From a bacterium (GTDB taxonomy: Bacteria > Zhuqueibacterota > Zhuqueibacteria > Residuimicrobiales > Krinioviventaceae): a DNA stretch of 64,000 nt. Where the stretch lies: contig CAXXFV010000016.1 in the NCBI GenBank assembly GCA_963674595.2, forward strand, positions 96,001 through 160,000, read 5' to 3'. Both the position numbers and the translations under genes were made by a program. Below are positions 1 to 10,501 of the stretch, one piece after another (positions within the stretch are counted from its first letter, which is position 1; each line of letters begins with the position of its first letter). The notes under the pieces were generated by a model. That model was given only the letters and a program-made list of their open reading frames with translations, made no database searches and was not told where the DNA came from.

Positions 1-1
1 G

Positions 2-1129
2 CCGGTTATCAATGAAGTGTGTATGGACGTAAATTCAACAAAGGTTGATTCAAATTATTTACATCGTTATGTATATGATCCGCCATTGGGTGTTTTTGCC
101 GAACGTCTTAAAGAATTTCCACATTTACGTTTGAAATTAAAAGGCTATGCTGATTCCAACACAGACAGTGCCACCGTTGAACTTGCCGAGGCACGGGCAA
201 AAGCTGTCCGGGATTCCTTGATTGATTTGGGTGTAGCCGGAAACCAGATAAAATTCGAAGATGGCGAGGTTTTACCGGAACGTCGTGTTCCGGCCAATCC
301 TGTTGACGCCAAACGTGTTTTTCATGAACGCCGGTATGTCAAAGTGGATGCCGAAGGCACCGCAACATATTCTCTTTTTGCACCGGTATTGCATCAGGAT
401 TTTGAGGACGTAAAATTACCGGTTGTTTTCCAGTCTGATATTAAAGGCGTCGTCCCGATAACGGAATGTGTGCTTGGTGTTTATAACGATCTTTATGCTG
501 AAAGTGTGGATATTTTACCATTTGCTGATGGTAAAGGAAGTGTTATTGACAGTGTCATGTGGCATCCTTTTAAAAACCCGGAACGGATTATTGAAGACTG
601 GGTCAAGAAGGAGTTGAGCTATACCATCCTGTTAAAAGATAATATGGGACGGATTTTTAAAACCCATGAAAACAACAGCTTTTTAATTGAATTTTTATTC
701 CTGCGTGAACATCGTATATGTTTTCCGTTGAAATTTGCAAACACAGACCCATTGTATGATTTTTACTGGGCGCGTATTTATTCCATGGCAAACTCGATGT
801 TTAATGAAAATAATATGCGGATGCGTTTTGAAGGCCATGCTTGCGCAATAGGTCCCGAAGAAGTTAATGACAGATTGTCCAAACGACGTGCAAAATCTTT
901 TTATAATGGTTTTGTTAAATATGTTCAGGCCAGAAATCCGGAAGATTTTGAAATGTTTGTCTCCCGAATGGATGAACCAAAAGGTTATGGTGAAAGTTTG
1001 CCGCTTCAGATCGTTCGTTTGAACGGTGATGTTATTCTTATTGGTGATAATAATGATCCGGTTGGAAGAAAATTCAACAGAAGAATTGAAATTGTGTTCT
1101 ATTCCACAGAAAAGTTTGTAATAAAATAA
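2..1129 (+). CDS. OmpA-family domain protein with two OmpA_C-like domains, 5'-partial
   Basis: Frame is open from the window edge. Two OmpA-like motifs: KGYAD..LAEARAKAVR and EGHACAIG..NDRLSKRRA..GYGE..NRRIEI. Confidence 0.8.
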   Translation, partial: PVINEVCMDVNSTKVDSNYLHRYVYDPPLGVFAERLKEFPHLRLKLKGYADSNTDSATVELAEARAKAVRDSLIDLGVAGNQIKFEDGEVLPERRVPANPVDAKRVFHERRYVKVDAEGTATYSLFAPVLHQDFEDVKLPVVFQSDIKGVVPITECVLGVYNDLYAESVDILPFADGKGSVIDSVMWHPFKNPERIIEDWVKKELSYTILLKDNMGRIFKTHENNSFLIEFLFLREHRICFPLKFANTDPLYDFYWARIYSMANSMFNENNMRMRFEGHACAIGPEEVNDRLSKRRAKSFYNGFVKYVQARNPEDFEMFVSRMDEPKGYGESLPLQIVRLNGDVILIGDNNDPVGRKFNRRIEIVFYSTEKFVIK

Positions 1130-1153
1130 GTCCCGTATTATACGGGACTTTTT
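1128..1153. terminator. Intrinsic terminator between convergent genes
   Basis: Perfect 10-bp stem AAGTCCCGTA-tta-TACGGGACTT followed by a T-run. Confidence 0.75.
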
Positions 1154-2011
1154 CTACAGATAATTTCTCAAATATTTGAGGCTTTTTTCAATGTCCTCAA
1201 GAATGGAACCGGTCGAACTGTCCTGTTCCACAATATACCATGCTACGCCTGCTTTTTGTCCCGCCTCAAGCACCGCTGGAATGTCGACAATCCCTGAGCC
1301 CACAGGTACAGGTTGTGTTTTTTCCGAATCTGCCAAATCTTTTAAATGCAGCATCGGGCATCTGTCGCTATACCTGGCGATTAATTCAGCAGGGTTAACC
1401 CCGGCATGATGGACCCACGCTACGTCCATTTCAATTTGTACAAATTCGGGGTGTGTCGTTTCAAATATAATATCAAAAATTGTTTTACCTTCAATTTTAT
1501 CAAATTCGAAGGAATGATTGTGGTAACAAAGCTGAATTCCGGCATCTTTAACAGCCTGTCCGTATTCATCCATTTTTTTGGCAAAAGCTGTGACGCTTTC
1601 CAAACCATTTTCGCGCCATTTTCCCGGCATTGAAGGTACGACAATATTGGGACTGTTGATTTCCTTGTGAAAGTCAATAGTTCCCTGAAGATCATTTTCA
1701 AGAGCTTCGAAACCGATATGTGTTCCGGCACATAATAAACCGGTTTCTTTTAAAAGCTGGACGATTTGCGTTGATGTTAATCCACCATAACCGGCAAATT
1801 CAACAGCATTGTACCCGATTTCAGCAATTTTTTTAACCGTTCCCGTAAAATCATTTTTCAAATGGTCCCGAACCGTATAGAGTTGAATTCCAATTGGAAT
1901 TTGTTTATTGTTTTTCATATTACATCCTGTTAATGATAAAATTCCTGCACTCATTGTTGCGCCTGCAGCTAAAATACGTTTGGTAAAATCTCTTCGTGAA
2001 AGACTATCCAT
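1154..2011 (-). CDS. Tat-exported sugar phosphate isomerase/epimerase (AP_endonuc_2 TIM barrel)
   Basis: SRRDF Tat motif; GIQLYTVRD, YHNH..EF, EMD..W, HLKD, VEQD. AAGGAGG SD favours the ATG at 2011. Confidence 0.88.
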   Translation of the reverse strand: MDSLSRRDFTKRILAAGATMSAGILSLTGCNMKNNKQIPIGIQLYTVRDHLKNDFTGTVKKIAEIGYNAVEFAGYGGLTSTQIVQLLKETGLLCAGTHIGFEALENDLQGTIDFHKEINSPNIVVPSMPGKWRENGLESVTAFAKKMDEYGQAVKDAGIQLCYHNHSFEFDKIEGKTIFDIIFETTHPEFVQIEMDVAWVHHAGVNPAELIARYSDRCPMLHLKDLADSEKTQPVPVGSGIVDIPAVLEAGQKAGVAWYIVEQDSSTGSILEDIEKSLKYLRNYL

Positions 2012-2026
2012 AGTCACCTCCTTAAA

Positions 2027-3430
2027 TTATTCATTAGTTTTTTCTTCGTTTTTTATTTTTGCCATTGTTATTCCGGTATACCCATAAAAAATAGAAATCA
2101 GCGGGTTAATCAGGTTTAAAAAAGCAAAGGGCAGATAGGCAAACGGGAAAACACCCAATGTAGCCCACATATAAGCTCCGCCGGTGTTCCAGGGAATGAG
2201 AGAAGATGTTAGAGTGCCACCGTCTTCCAAACAGCGCGACAGGTTTTTGGATTCCAAATTTGCTTTTTTAAATGCCTTCCGATACATCCGTCCCGGAACA
2301 ATGATGGATAAATACTGGTCCGGCGCCAGTATATTCATGCTGATGCATGTTAATATGGTTGCTAAAACGAGTGAACCGGTTTTTTTTGCAATTGTTAAAA
2401 TGGCTGATGCAATTTTGTCCAGCATACCGGTGACTTCCATGGCGCCGCCAAATGAGAGTGCACATAATATAAGCGCGACTGTAGAAAGCATACTTTCCAT
2501 ACCGCCACGGCTAAGCAAAACATCAACTGGTTTATAGCCTGTTTCCGAAATATATCCGTTTTGGGCCACATCCAATACATTTCCCACAGGCGTATGTTGA
2601 AAAATGACCGCGCAGACTCCACCCAATACAGCGCCGAACAGTAACGCCGGCAAGGCCGGAACTCGAAAGATTACCATAGCGATAACCAGCACCGGCGGTA
2701 TAAATAAAAACCAGCCGATGTTAAAATTGCCTTGGATAACTGTTAAGATATTCTGGATGGTTTCCAATTGAAGATTGTTTTGAGTGTATTTTAATCCTAA
2801 TATTCCATATAAAATGAGGGATATCAGTAAACTCGGACCTGTGGTGAATGCCATGTGACGGATATGGCTGAACATGTCGGAACCGGCAACAGCGGGTGCC
2901 AGGTTTGTTGTGTCCGACAGCGGGGACATTTTATCACCAAAATAGGAACCGGAAATGATAGCGCCTGCCACCATCGGCAGCGGCACACCCAGACCTTGAC
3001 CGACACCGATAAGGGCAATACCGACTGTTCCTGCCGTGGACCATGAACTTCCGGTTGCCAGGGAAACAAGGCTGCATATTAAACAGGTCGCCAAAAGAAA
3101 TATAGATGGGGATAGTATCTGCAAACCATAATAAATCATGGTTGGCACAATACCACTGATGATCCAGGTGCCGATTAAAAGCCCGATAACCATCAAAATC
3201 AAACAGGCCTGCATGGCAATAGCAATCCCCTTGACGATTCCCTTTTCAATTTCTTTATAGGAATACCCCAAATATAATCCCATAAAAACAGCCGCAGCCG
3301 TACCGCCGATGAGAGGAATATGGGGCTGGCCTTTATATAAAAACACATTCAGGCCAAGAAATGTAATCATAATGATGACGGGTATCAGCGCCTGATAAAG
3401 TTTCAAGTCTTTGTATGTTTTGTTGTTCAT
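2027..3430 (-). CDS. nhaC: Na+/H+ antiporter NhaC family
   Basis: GSSWSTAGTVG, GDKMSPLSDTTNLA, SRCLEDGGT and IPWN motifs; polytopic membrane protein. Confidence 0.92.
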   Translation of the reverse strand: MNNKTYKDLKLYQALIPVIIMITFLGLNVFLYKGQPHIPLIGGTAAAVFMGLYLGYSYKEIEKGIVKGIAIAMQACLILMVIGLLIGTWIISGIVPTMIYYGLQILSPSIFLLATCLICSLVSLATGSSWSTAGTVGIALIGVGQGLGVPLPMVAGAIISGSYFGDKMSPLSDTTNLAPAVAGSDMFSHIRHMAFTTGPSLLISLILYGILGLKYTQNNLQLETIQNILTVIQGNFNIGWFLFIPPVLVIAMVIFRVPALPALLFGAVLGGVCAVIFQHTPVGNVLDVAQNGYISETGYKPVDVLLSRGGMESMLSTVALILCALSFGGAMEVTGMLDKIASAILTIAKKTGSLVLATILTCISMNILAPDQYLSIIVPGRMYRKAFKKANLESKNLSRCLEDGGTLTSSLIPWNTGGAYMWATLGVFPFAYLPFAFLNLINPLISIFYGYTGITMAKIKNEEKTNE

Positions 3431-3452
3431 AGAAAATCAAGTATTGTTAAAA

Positions 3453-4340
3453 TTAATTGTTTTCCTGCCATTTTTTTACGATAGAGATGAATTTACTGGG
3501 TTCATCCGTGGCATACCAGCGAATGCCCATATCCAAAAGTGTAAATAGATTTGTTTCTTCAAAATGAAACGGAAATACTTCAAGATCGATACCGGCTTTT
3601 TGTGTAACTGAAATAGCTTTTTGCAATTCGGTTTTATCGAGTTGATATCTCCATTCCGTATATTCCTGCAGGTCGTTTAAATGCAACTGGACCTGGTCCA
3701 GTCCTTCAAACCCGTTTCCAGATGCTTTTTGAAATTTTTCTGTTATTGCTTCTGCAGAGCCGCCGATCCATAACATGGTCCTGACACCATGTGCAATTTT
3801 TTTCAGGGTTTTGCATTCTTCCTGTTTCGGACTGGCAATCAATATCTGTGCACCCAGCGAGTAAGAGTCGATCATGGCACCGAGTTTTTCAAGATTCACG
3901 TTTTTTAAATCCAGATAGATCAAATAGTCCGGATGTTTCTTCATTATATTAAAGACCTGTTCAAGTGTTGGGATGCGCTGGTCTTTAAAAGATTCGTTAA
4001 AAAACGAACCGGCGTCCAAATTTTTTATATCATTATAAAGCATGGAAGAGACTTTATCGTCTTTAATTTCATCCGCTGCATTTGTTGTTCGTGCCAGGGT
4101 CGGATCGTGCAGGCAAATAATGACGCTGTCTTTGGTTGACCGAATGTCTGCCTCCGGAATGCCGCCGAGTTTCCAGGTATATGCAAATGCTGCCGGGGTA
4201 TTGTCCGGCATTTCGTGCAAACCTCCGCCCCGGTGTGCCTGCCAAAAAATTTTGTTGGAATTGTTTTTAGCGGGGTTATTACAATTCATTAATACAAAAC
4301 ATAATGATAACAGAGCGAAAACCTTGATGTATCGGTGCAT
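3453..4340 (-). CDS. Glycerophosphodiester phosphodiesterase, probable lipoprotein
   Basis: AHRGG..PDNT..AF, EADIR.TKD, HD.TL.RTT, IPTLE, TDEP. Confidence 0.88.
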   Translation of the reverse strand: MHRYIKVFALLSLCFVLMNCNNPAKNNSNKIFWQAHRGGGLHEMPDNTPAAFAYTWKLGGIPEADIRSTKDSVIICLHDPTLARTTNAADEIKDDKVSSMLYNDIKNLDAGSFFNESFKDQRIPTLEQVFNIMKKHPDYLIYLDLKNVNLEKLGAMIDSYSLGAQILIASPKQEECKTLKKIAHGVRTMLWIGGSAEAITEKFQKASGNGFEGLDQVQLHLNDLQEYTEWRYQLDKTELQKAISVTQKAGIDLEVFPFHFEETNLFTLLDMGIRWYATDEPSKFISIVKKWQENN

Positions 4341-4450
4341 CTGAAATCCTCCGAAAAGAATAGAGTATATTTTTATGTAATTAAGGAATATTAATTGTAA
4401 AATTCCAGATTAATAATTAAAATTTTTTTATAAAAATATCGGAATTATGC

Positions 4451-4479
4451 TTGACATCCTTTGGCTACCTTTATATATT
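4451..4479 (+). promoter_or_regulatory. Sigma70-like promoter
   Basis: TTGACA-17 nt-TATATT upstream of the GTG start at 4523. The ORF-track TTG at 4451 is the -35 box itself. Confidence 0.6.
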
Positions 4480-4522
4480 TTATAATATTATCGAGTTGAA
4501 TCTGCATTTTGCAGGAGTGAAC

Positions 4523-6601
4523 GTGGAACGACGTACATTTTGTAAATCGGCTGTATTGGGTGCAGGGGGCTTTGCTATGGGTTCTTTTGCCTGCTCGTCT
4601 TTTCAAAACGTTCCATCGATTTTTCCAAAAAGCAAACCACCGGAAAAACTGGACGTTTGTCTGTTGAAATCCGATTTAAGCTGGACAGAGAAAAATTTAT
4701 TAACCTGTCTTCAGGGTTTGGTGAATCGTGAAAGACCGATAATCTATTACATTATTGCCCCTCAGGATAAATTTTGGCTGGATTATTATAAAAGTTCCTT
4801 TGGTGTGGATTATGTACAAGTTGAAGGTCCTGACCAGCTTTATAAAAAATATATGGACCGCATAGCCGGATATGTTCTTTATGATGAGAAAATACCCCAT
4901 TCACTTAATGTGGCTACCACAATCGGCGGTGTAAAAAATGCGTTACCGATCAGTAAAAATGCACAACGATTTGCAGAATCCTGTGGATTGAAACAGATTG
5001 ATGAGGTGCCGCCTGGTTTGAGCGATATGTTCGGATTGTATGAATGGGCCCTGGCAAATTATTTACCCGATTGTTATGACAAAATAATCGCACAACTCTG
5101 TGTTCATTCACCGCACTGGCCGACCAGTACCTATACAAACAGGGATTATGTAATTGCCCACAAAATTTTTTCTCTGGATATTTCATCCTCAGAAAGAGAC
5201 AAACAAGACTATAATCTGTTAAAAAAAATATATCAGCGTTATAATCCTGGTGCAATGGTAATTGGCTGGCATTGTGTGCGGGATAAAGAACACGAGGCCA
5301 TTGGCCTGGCCGCACAATTCGGTCATTACGGGATATGTAACTTGAATACCCCTAATATGAGCGTACATGCAAGTGTTCCGCTTGACCGGAAAAAGAAATT
5401 CAAACAACGGAAAAGAACTGAAAAAGATTTAAAGCTTGAAAATAAAGTATACATTGCGCTTATGGCAACGGACGGTGATGCGGCCTGGTTTATGCGTGAC
5501 CTGGTCGGCACAGATTGGGCTGATCCTTTGCACGGTACGTTCAAGTACAATTGGGGATTTTTGCCCCTGGCTTATGATTTAATGCCGGGAACGGTTCAAT
5601 ACTATCTGGAAAATATGCATAAAAATGATTATTTTGTGGCCGGTCCCGCTGGTGCGGCTTATACATATCCATTCCTGCACCCGGACCCAAAACAGTTTTT
5701 AAAGCTATCCCGATATTATATGAATAAATGCGGTTTAAAAACGGTTCATATGACTAACTGGAATGATCGGGACTGGTGGCAGGAAGTGGATGTGCCGGAC
5801 TTTACACAATTGTTACGTGAACAACTGCCGGAATGTGTCGGTTTTGTGCGAGGTATGGGTGAATCGGCTTTTGAGAAAAGTTATCTTCAGGACAAACAGC
5901 CTTATATTTTCTGCGGAGAAGGTATTCACCGGAACAGTGATATTTATCAGACCTATAAAGATTTTTTGGAAGCGTGTCCGCAGCGCCCGCTTTTTATTTA
6001 TTCATTGGTGAACCATTCGGTACCACTCTATCAAACCAAAGAAGCTTTTGATAAATTTGAAAACGAAAATATTGAATTTGTTCATCTTGATGAATTGCTG
6101 CTGCTTGTTAAAATGGCCTGCAAGCAGGGAATTATCAAAGAAAATTTGTACCCGGATAAAACGAAATTAAAATTGTTATTAGAAAAAGAGGCCAGAAAAG
6201 GCTGGATTTCTTTTTATTCGGGTTTATTGGAATGGAAAAGCCAATTTAATGGCTCTGAAAAGGACTATATAGCGGAAATTAAACAATTGCCGATCGGTTT
6301 GGAACATATTCATGCCGGTGAGTTTTTGGCTTTTTCCACCATTTGGCATGCCATGACACTTGTTAAATTGACCCTTGAAAGCAAGGGAATTTATGTTAAT
6401 CATAAACCAAGAGCGAATAAAAGGTTTATTAAAGAGTTTGCAGACATTTTAAATGTTGATATAATTTTAACGTGCCAACTGATCTGGAACAACTGGCATA
6501 AACAAACTATGGATTATGAGCAGGCAAAAAGTATGGCATTAGATTTCACTGGATTAGCAGATAAAATCGAATACATTAATTTTTTCATAAAGGACGATAC
6601 T
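4523..6601 (+). CDS. GxGYxYP-domain putative glycoside hydrolase with Tat/lipoprotein signal; stop codon missing, reads into the next gene
   Basis: GGAG SD then GTG; ERRTF Tat motif; LQGLVNR..P, TDGD and GPAGAAYTYP motifs. The 3' end is approximate. Confidence 0.72.
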
Positions 6602-7504
6602 ATGGCGGTTATTTGCGGAAAATCAACAAATCGGCGTGATTTTTTAAAAACAACATTACTATCTTTTGGCGCTGTTTTAACGCTGGATATGACCAGGGTA
6701 TCAGCAGCATCAAATAAAACAGTAAAATGGGCCCTGCTCTCTGATACACATATTCCTCAGGATGTGCAAAATTCATATCGTGGCTTTTTCCCTTATAATA
6801 ATCTTGAGAAAATAATACCTTTAATAAAAAATGAAAATTACGACGGCGCCGTCATTACAGGCGACCTGGCACGACTTGAGGGTAAAGTCGGGGATTATGA
6901 AAATTTAAAAAAGCTTGTTCAACCGGCCCTGAAATCTTTTCCTTTTTTAATGTCTTTGGGAAATCATGATCATCGCGATAATTTTAAAAGTGTTTTTTTC
7001 TGATGTGATCTATGGCGAAAAACAGGATATAAAGAAAAAACATGTTCTGGTTGTCAATACCGGCGATCTTGATTTTGTCGTGCTGGATTCGTTATTGTTT
7101 ACCAATAAAACGCCCGGACTTTTAGGGAAAGACCAGCGTGAGTGGCTGCAGGGATTTCTGGAAAAGTCGGATGACAAGCCGGTTGTCTTTTTTTTACATC
7201 ATCCTCTGGATGACGGCGACGGAAGTTTGCTGGATTCCGGTTGAACTTGGTTTTTGAAAATTATTGAGCCGTTTGATAATGTAAAAGCAGTTGTTTTCGG
7301 GCATTCGCACCGATATGATATGGGAGTTTATAAAAATATAAACATTGGATAAACTTGCCGGCTACAGGCTATAATTTTGATGACAGTGACGCAGTTGGTT
7401 ATATTGATGCTGAATTTGATAAAAATGGGTATCGTTTAACGTTAAAAGCGATTGCCGGAAATATGGAGCAAAATAATCAAACAACAAAACTGGAATGGTT
7501 ATAA
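6602..7504 (+). pseudogene. Tat-exported metallophosphoesterase (CpdA/Icc-like), split by about 3 frameshifts that are probably sequencing indels
   Basis: Own ATG and NRRDFLK Tat motif. DTH, GD, GNHD, HHP and GHSH motifs lie in different frames, with shifts near 6995, 7245 and 7340. Ends ...KLEWL* at 7504. Confidence 0.78.
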
Positions 7505-7520
7505 AATGTGAGGGTACATT

Positions 7521-8690
7521 ATGAAAAAACTGAGTCTCCTTTTACCGTTCTTACTTTCTCTTTATTTTGTTTTGTGGTATTCCTGAAAATCAGAAGGGAT
7601 TACCGGAAGCCGAAAGAAAAGAAGGATTTGTACGATTGTTTGATGCAAAAACTCTATTCGGGTGGAAAAATTACAGCGGACCGCAGGTGGTCGGTTATGG
7701 ACGGAATGTTAGTTGGTCCGTCCGATTCTTCCGGATGGCTGGGTACTGAAAAAACGTACAAAGATTTTGTCCTTCGTCTGGAATACTGGATTGATCCGGG
7801 CGAAACCGGCTGGTCAAACAGCGGCATTTTTATCCGGGCGGACAGTACGAATACTCCCTGGAATGAGGGTTATGAAATTCAAATTGATTTAAAAGATGTT
7901 AAAAATCCTACCGGCAGTATTTATAACCGGGGTCCCTACCAAAATTGAGCAGGTTCGTGAAATTGCTCCTGAAAAAAACTGGAACCAGGTGGAAATTAAA
8001 GCTGTGGGTGAACGTATTCAGGTGTGGATAAACGGTCATCAACTGCAGGACGCTACATGGCATGGCAGAGATAACGGTTTTATCGGTGTTCAGCAGCATC
8101 ATAAAGGTGTTACTGTAAAATACCGAAATATTCGTGTCAAAGAATTAACTGAAGCGGATGCGGAACAAGGCTGGATTTCTTTGTTCAATGGAGAGAACCT
8201 GGATGGCTGGTTTGTTCGCGGAAAGGCCCAGTGGGTGGTTTTAGATGGTATTTTAACCGGAATAGATGGTATGGGCCATATATACGCAGACCCTGTTCTT
8301 ACCGATTGTGAAGTTCGGGGAATGTTCCGGGTCAGTGAAAACGGCAACAGCGGCCTCTATTTTCGCAGTAATCCGCCTAAAGATAACCCGGATGGTTTTC
8401 CGCGCGGATATGAAGCGCAAATTAATAATCACGGTGATGCGTTTACAGGATGGTTGTGGAAACCCGGAACACCAACCGGTAAAGCAAAAGACCTTGTTAC
8501 GCGCGACGATCAGTGGTTTTCACTTCACGTTAAAGTTGTTCAGGACAGTGTGAAAATATGGGTCAATGGTCAGTTGATGACGGAACACCAGGATGATGAA
8601 TACAAAAAAGGACATTTTGCCATTCAGGGACATAATCCCGGAATGAAAATTGAAGCCAGAGATTTATATTACAGAGATTTAAGTAAATAG
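7521..8690 (+). pseudogene. Tandem DUF1080 (3-keto-disaccharide hydrolase-like) protein, frameshifted
   Basis: Signal peptide MKKLSLLLP from 7521. Pieces LFDAKTLFGW, NSGIFIR..GYEIQI, WN.VEI..YRNIRVKEL and a second full domain lie in several frames, with shifts near 7560, 7685 and 7930. Confidence 0.8.
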
Positions 8691-8693
8691 AAC

Positions 8694-8727
8694 AAAAAAG
8701 GACCTCTTATAAAGGGGTCCTTTTTTT
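8694..8727. terminator. Bidirectional intrinsic terminator
   Basis: AAAAAAGGACCTCTT-ata-AAGGGGTCCTTTTTT between convergent genes. Confidence 0.8.
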
Positions 8728-8735
8728 ATAATTAT

Positions 8736-9605
8736 TTACTGTAACGGTACCCTGTTGGATACAAATTGTCTGTCAGGGAAATCGTTTCTTAAACGTTCAA
8801 TATCTTTTTCTGAAAGCGCCCAGTTTAAAGCTTGCAGGTTTTCATCCAAATGTTCCGGGGAACGCATTGTAGATAATGAAACAACATTCTGTTGAGAAAT
8901 TAACCAGTTTATGGCAATTTGTGCTGGTGTTTTATTGTATTTTTTACTCATTTCATCAAGCAGTGAAATGTTTTTGGTATTCAATACACCTTTTTCGATC
9001 GGCCGCCAGGCTATAAGATAAATATCATTGTCCTGACAATACTGTAAAACACCCTTAACCTCAGGTTCTCTGTAAATTAAATTGTAATGAACTTGATTGG
9101 CTATAATTTTATTTGTGGTATATGACTGGGCTTCTTTCATCCTTGCTACATTAAAATTGCTCACACCGATATTTTTTACCAGTCCATCTGAAACCAGTTT
9201 GTCCATTGCCATCATGGTTTCTTTTAAAGGAATCTCCGGGTTGGGCCAATGAATAAGATAAAGATCGAGATAATTTGTCTTTAGCCGGTTTAAACTGGCT
9301 TTGGCTGATTTAATTACATCATCAAATGCCAGGTGGGCCCCAACAACTTTGGAAACCAGATAAAGTTTTGATCGATCAAAATCAGAAATTGCACGGCCAA
9401 CAAGGGTTTCGGCATATCCGTCAGCATATAGTTCAGCGGTATCGATATGTGTTATTCCATTATCGATAGCTCTGCGAATAGCAGCAATATCTCTTTCATC
9501 ATTGTTTTGCAGGTCCCGCTCAGATCGTCCTCCCATCATCCATGTACCTAATCCAAAAACAGGAAATGCATATCCATTTTTTAATGTTTTTACCGGGATT
9601 GTCAT
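8736..9605 (-). CDS. Aldo/keto reductase
   Basis: GLGTW, IDTAELY, SK, DLYLIHWP, IGVSNF. Confidence 0.93.
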   Translation of the reverse strand: MTIPVKTLKNGYAFPVFGLGTWMMGGRSERDLQNNDERDIAAIRRAIDNGITHIDTAELYADGYAETLVGRAISDFDRSKLYLVSKVVGAHLAFDDVIKSAKASLNRLKTNYLDLYLIHWPNPEIPLKETMMAMDKLVSDGLVKNIGVSNFNVARMKEAQSYTTNKIIANQVHYNLIYREPEVKGVLQYCQDNDIYLIAWRPIEKGVLNTKNISLLDEMSKKYNKTPAQIAINWLISQQNVVSLSTMRSPEHLDENLQALNWALSEKDIERLRNDFPDRQFVSNRVPLQ

Positions 9606-10489
9606 TATAAATCCAGCTTTTTAAGCCAGTCTAAAAACAAGTCCGGCCAGGAGGTGACCACTCCGCCTTTTACTCCCAGACCGAATCCGTGTCCTCCTTT
9701 ACAGTAGACAATCAGATTGGTCGGAATATTAAATTCATGTAATTTTTGGTATAATTGCATTGTTCCTTCAACCGGGGTGGTTTCATCATCACCGGCACAC
9801 GCTAAAAAGACCGGAGGTGTTGAGGCTGAAATATTGGATGTTAATTCCGCTGTATAAGCCGGATACATTAAGACTGAAAAATCAGGCCGTGCAGATATTT
9901 TTTTAGAAAAATTTAATTGTTCATGTAAAAGTGTCACCGCTGCTGCCAGGTGTCCACCGGCTGAAAATCCCATTACACCGATTTTATTCGGATTAATGCC
10001 CCATTTTCGGGCATTTTCACGCACCAGTCTGACAGCCTGTATACCGTCGGACATAAGGGCCTGTTTGACCGGTAAAGGAGTGTCATCGCCGCGTGGAATG
10101 TCAGCAGGAAGCGTACGATATTTAACAACAAACGCATGGACGCCTGCCTGGTTGAGGCGTTCGGCAATATCATGGCCTTCTTTATCAATAACAATTCGTC
10201 TGTAACCACCGCCCGGAAATATAATGACGGCTATACTGTCTATAGGATGACTCGCCGGGTGAAATGTGATTTCAGGGGTACTGACGTTCGATATAGACCG
10301 ATTCAACCCTTTGGCGTTTTGGTCTTCTGTTCGGTTTTCAGTAGCTTCCTGTTCCGCATGCCGTATCATATTTATTTTTAATCCATTAGGCCACAATGGA
10401 TAGGTTTCGGCCTTTTTTTCTTTTTCTCCGGAACAGGAGAAAAACATGAAAAACATAAAGCCATATAATAGATAATAATAAATTTTCAT
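9605..10489 (-). CDS. Alpha/beta hydrolase (carbohydrate esterase-like), lipoprotein
   Basis: PGGGY oxyanion loop, GFSAGGH nucleophile elbow, DD, GHGFG; lipobox FFSC. Confidence 0.88.
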   Translation of the reverse strand: MKIYYYLLYGFMFFMFFSCSGEKEKKAETYPLWPNGLKINMIRHAEQEATENRTEDQNAKGLNRSISNVSTPEITFHPASHPIDSIAVIIFPGGGYRRIVIDKEGHDIAERLNQAGVHAFVVKYRTLPADIPRGDDTPLPVKQALMSDGIQAVRLVRENARKWGINPNKIGVMGFSAGGHLAAAVTLLHEQLNFSKKISARPDFSVLMYPAYTAELTSNISASTPPVFLACAGDDETTPVEGTMQLYQKLHEFNIPTNLIVYCKGGHGFGLGVKGGVVTSWPDLFLDWLKKLDL

Positions 10490-10501
10490 CTATATACCTT
10501 T

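Noticed and set aside
4451-7003. 850-aa GxGYxYP-phosphoesterase fusion as a novel architecture
   Set aside because: An internal ATG with its own Tat signal at 6602 and many nearby indels indicate two genes joined by an error. The TTG at 4451 is a -35 box.
6985-7003. Programmed frameshift or phase variation at the T-run near 6995
   Set aside because: It is one of many indels in the same 1.4 kb, so a homopolymer sequencing error is simpler.
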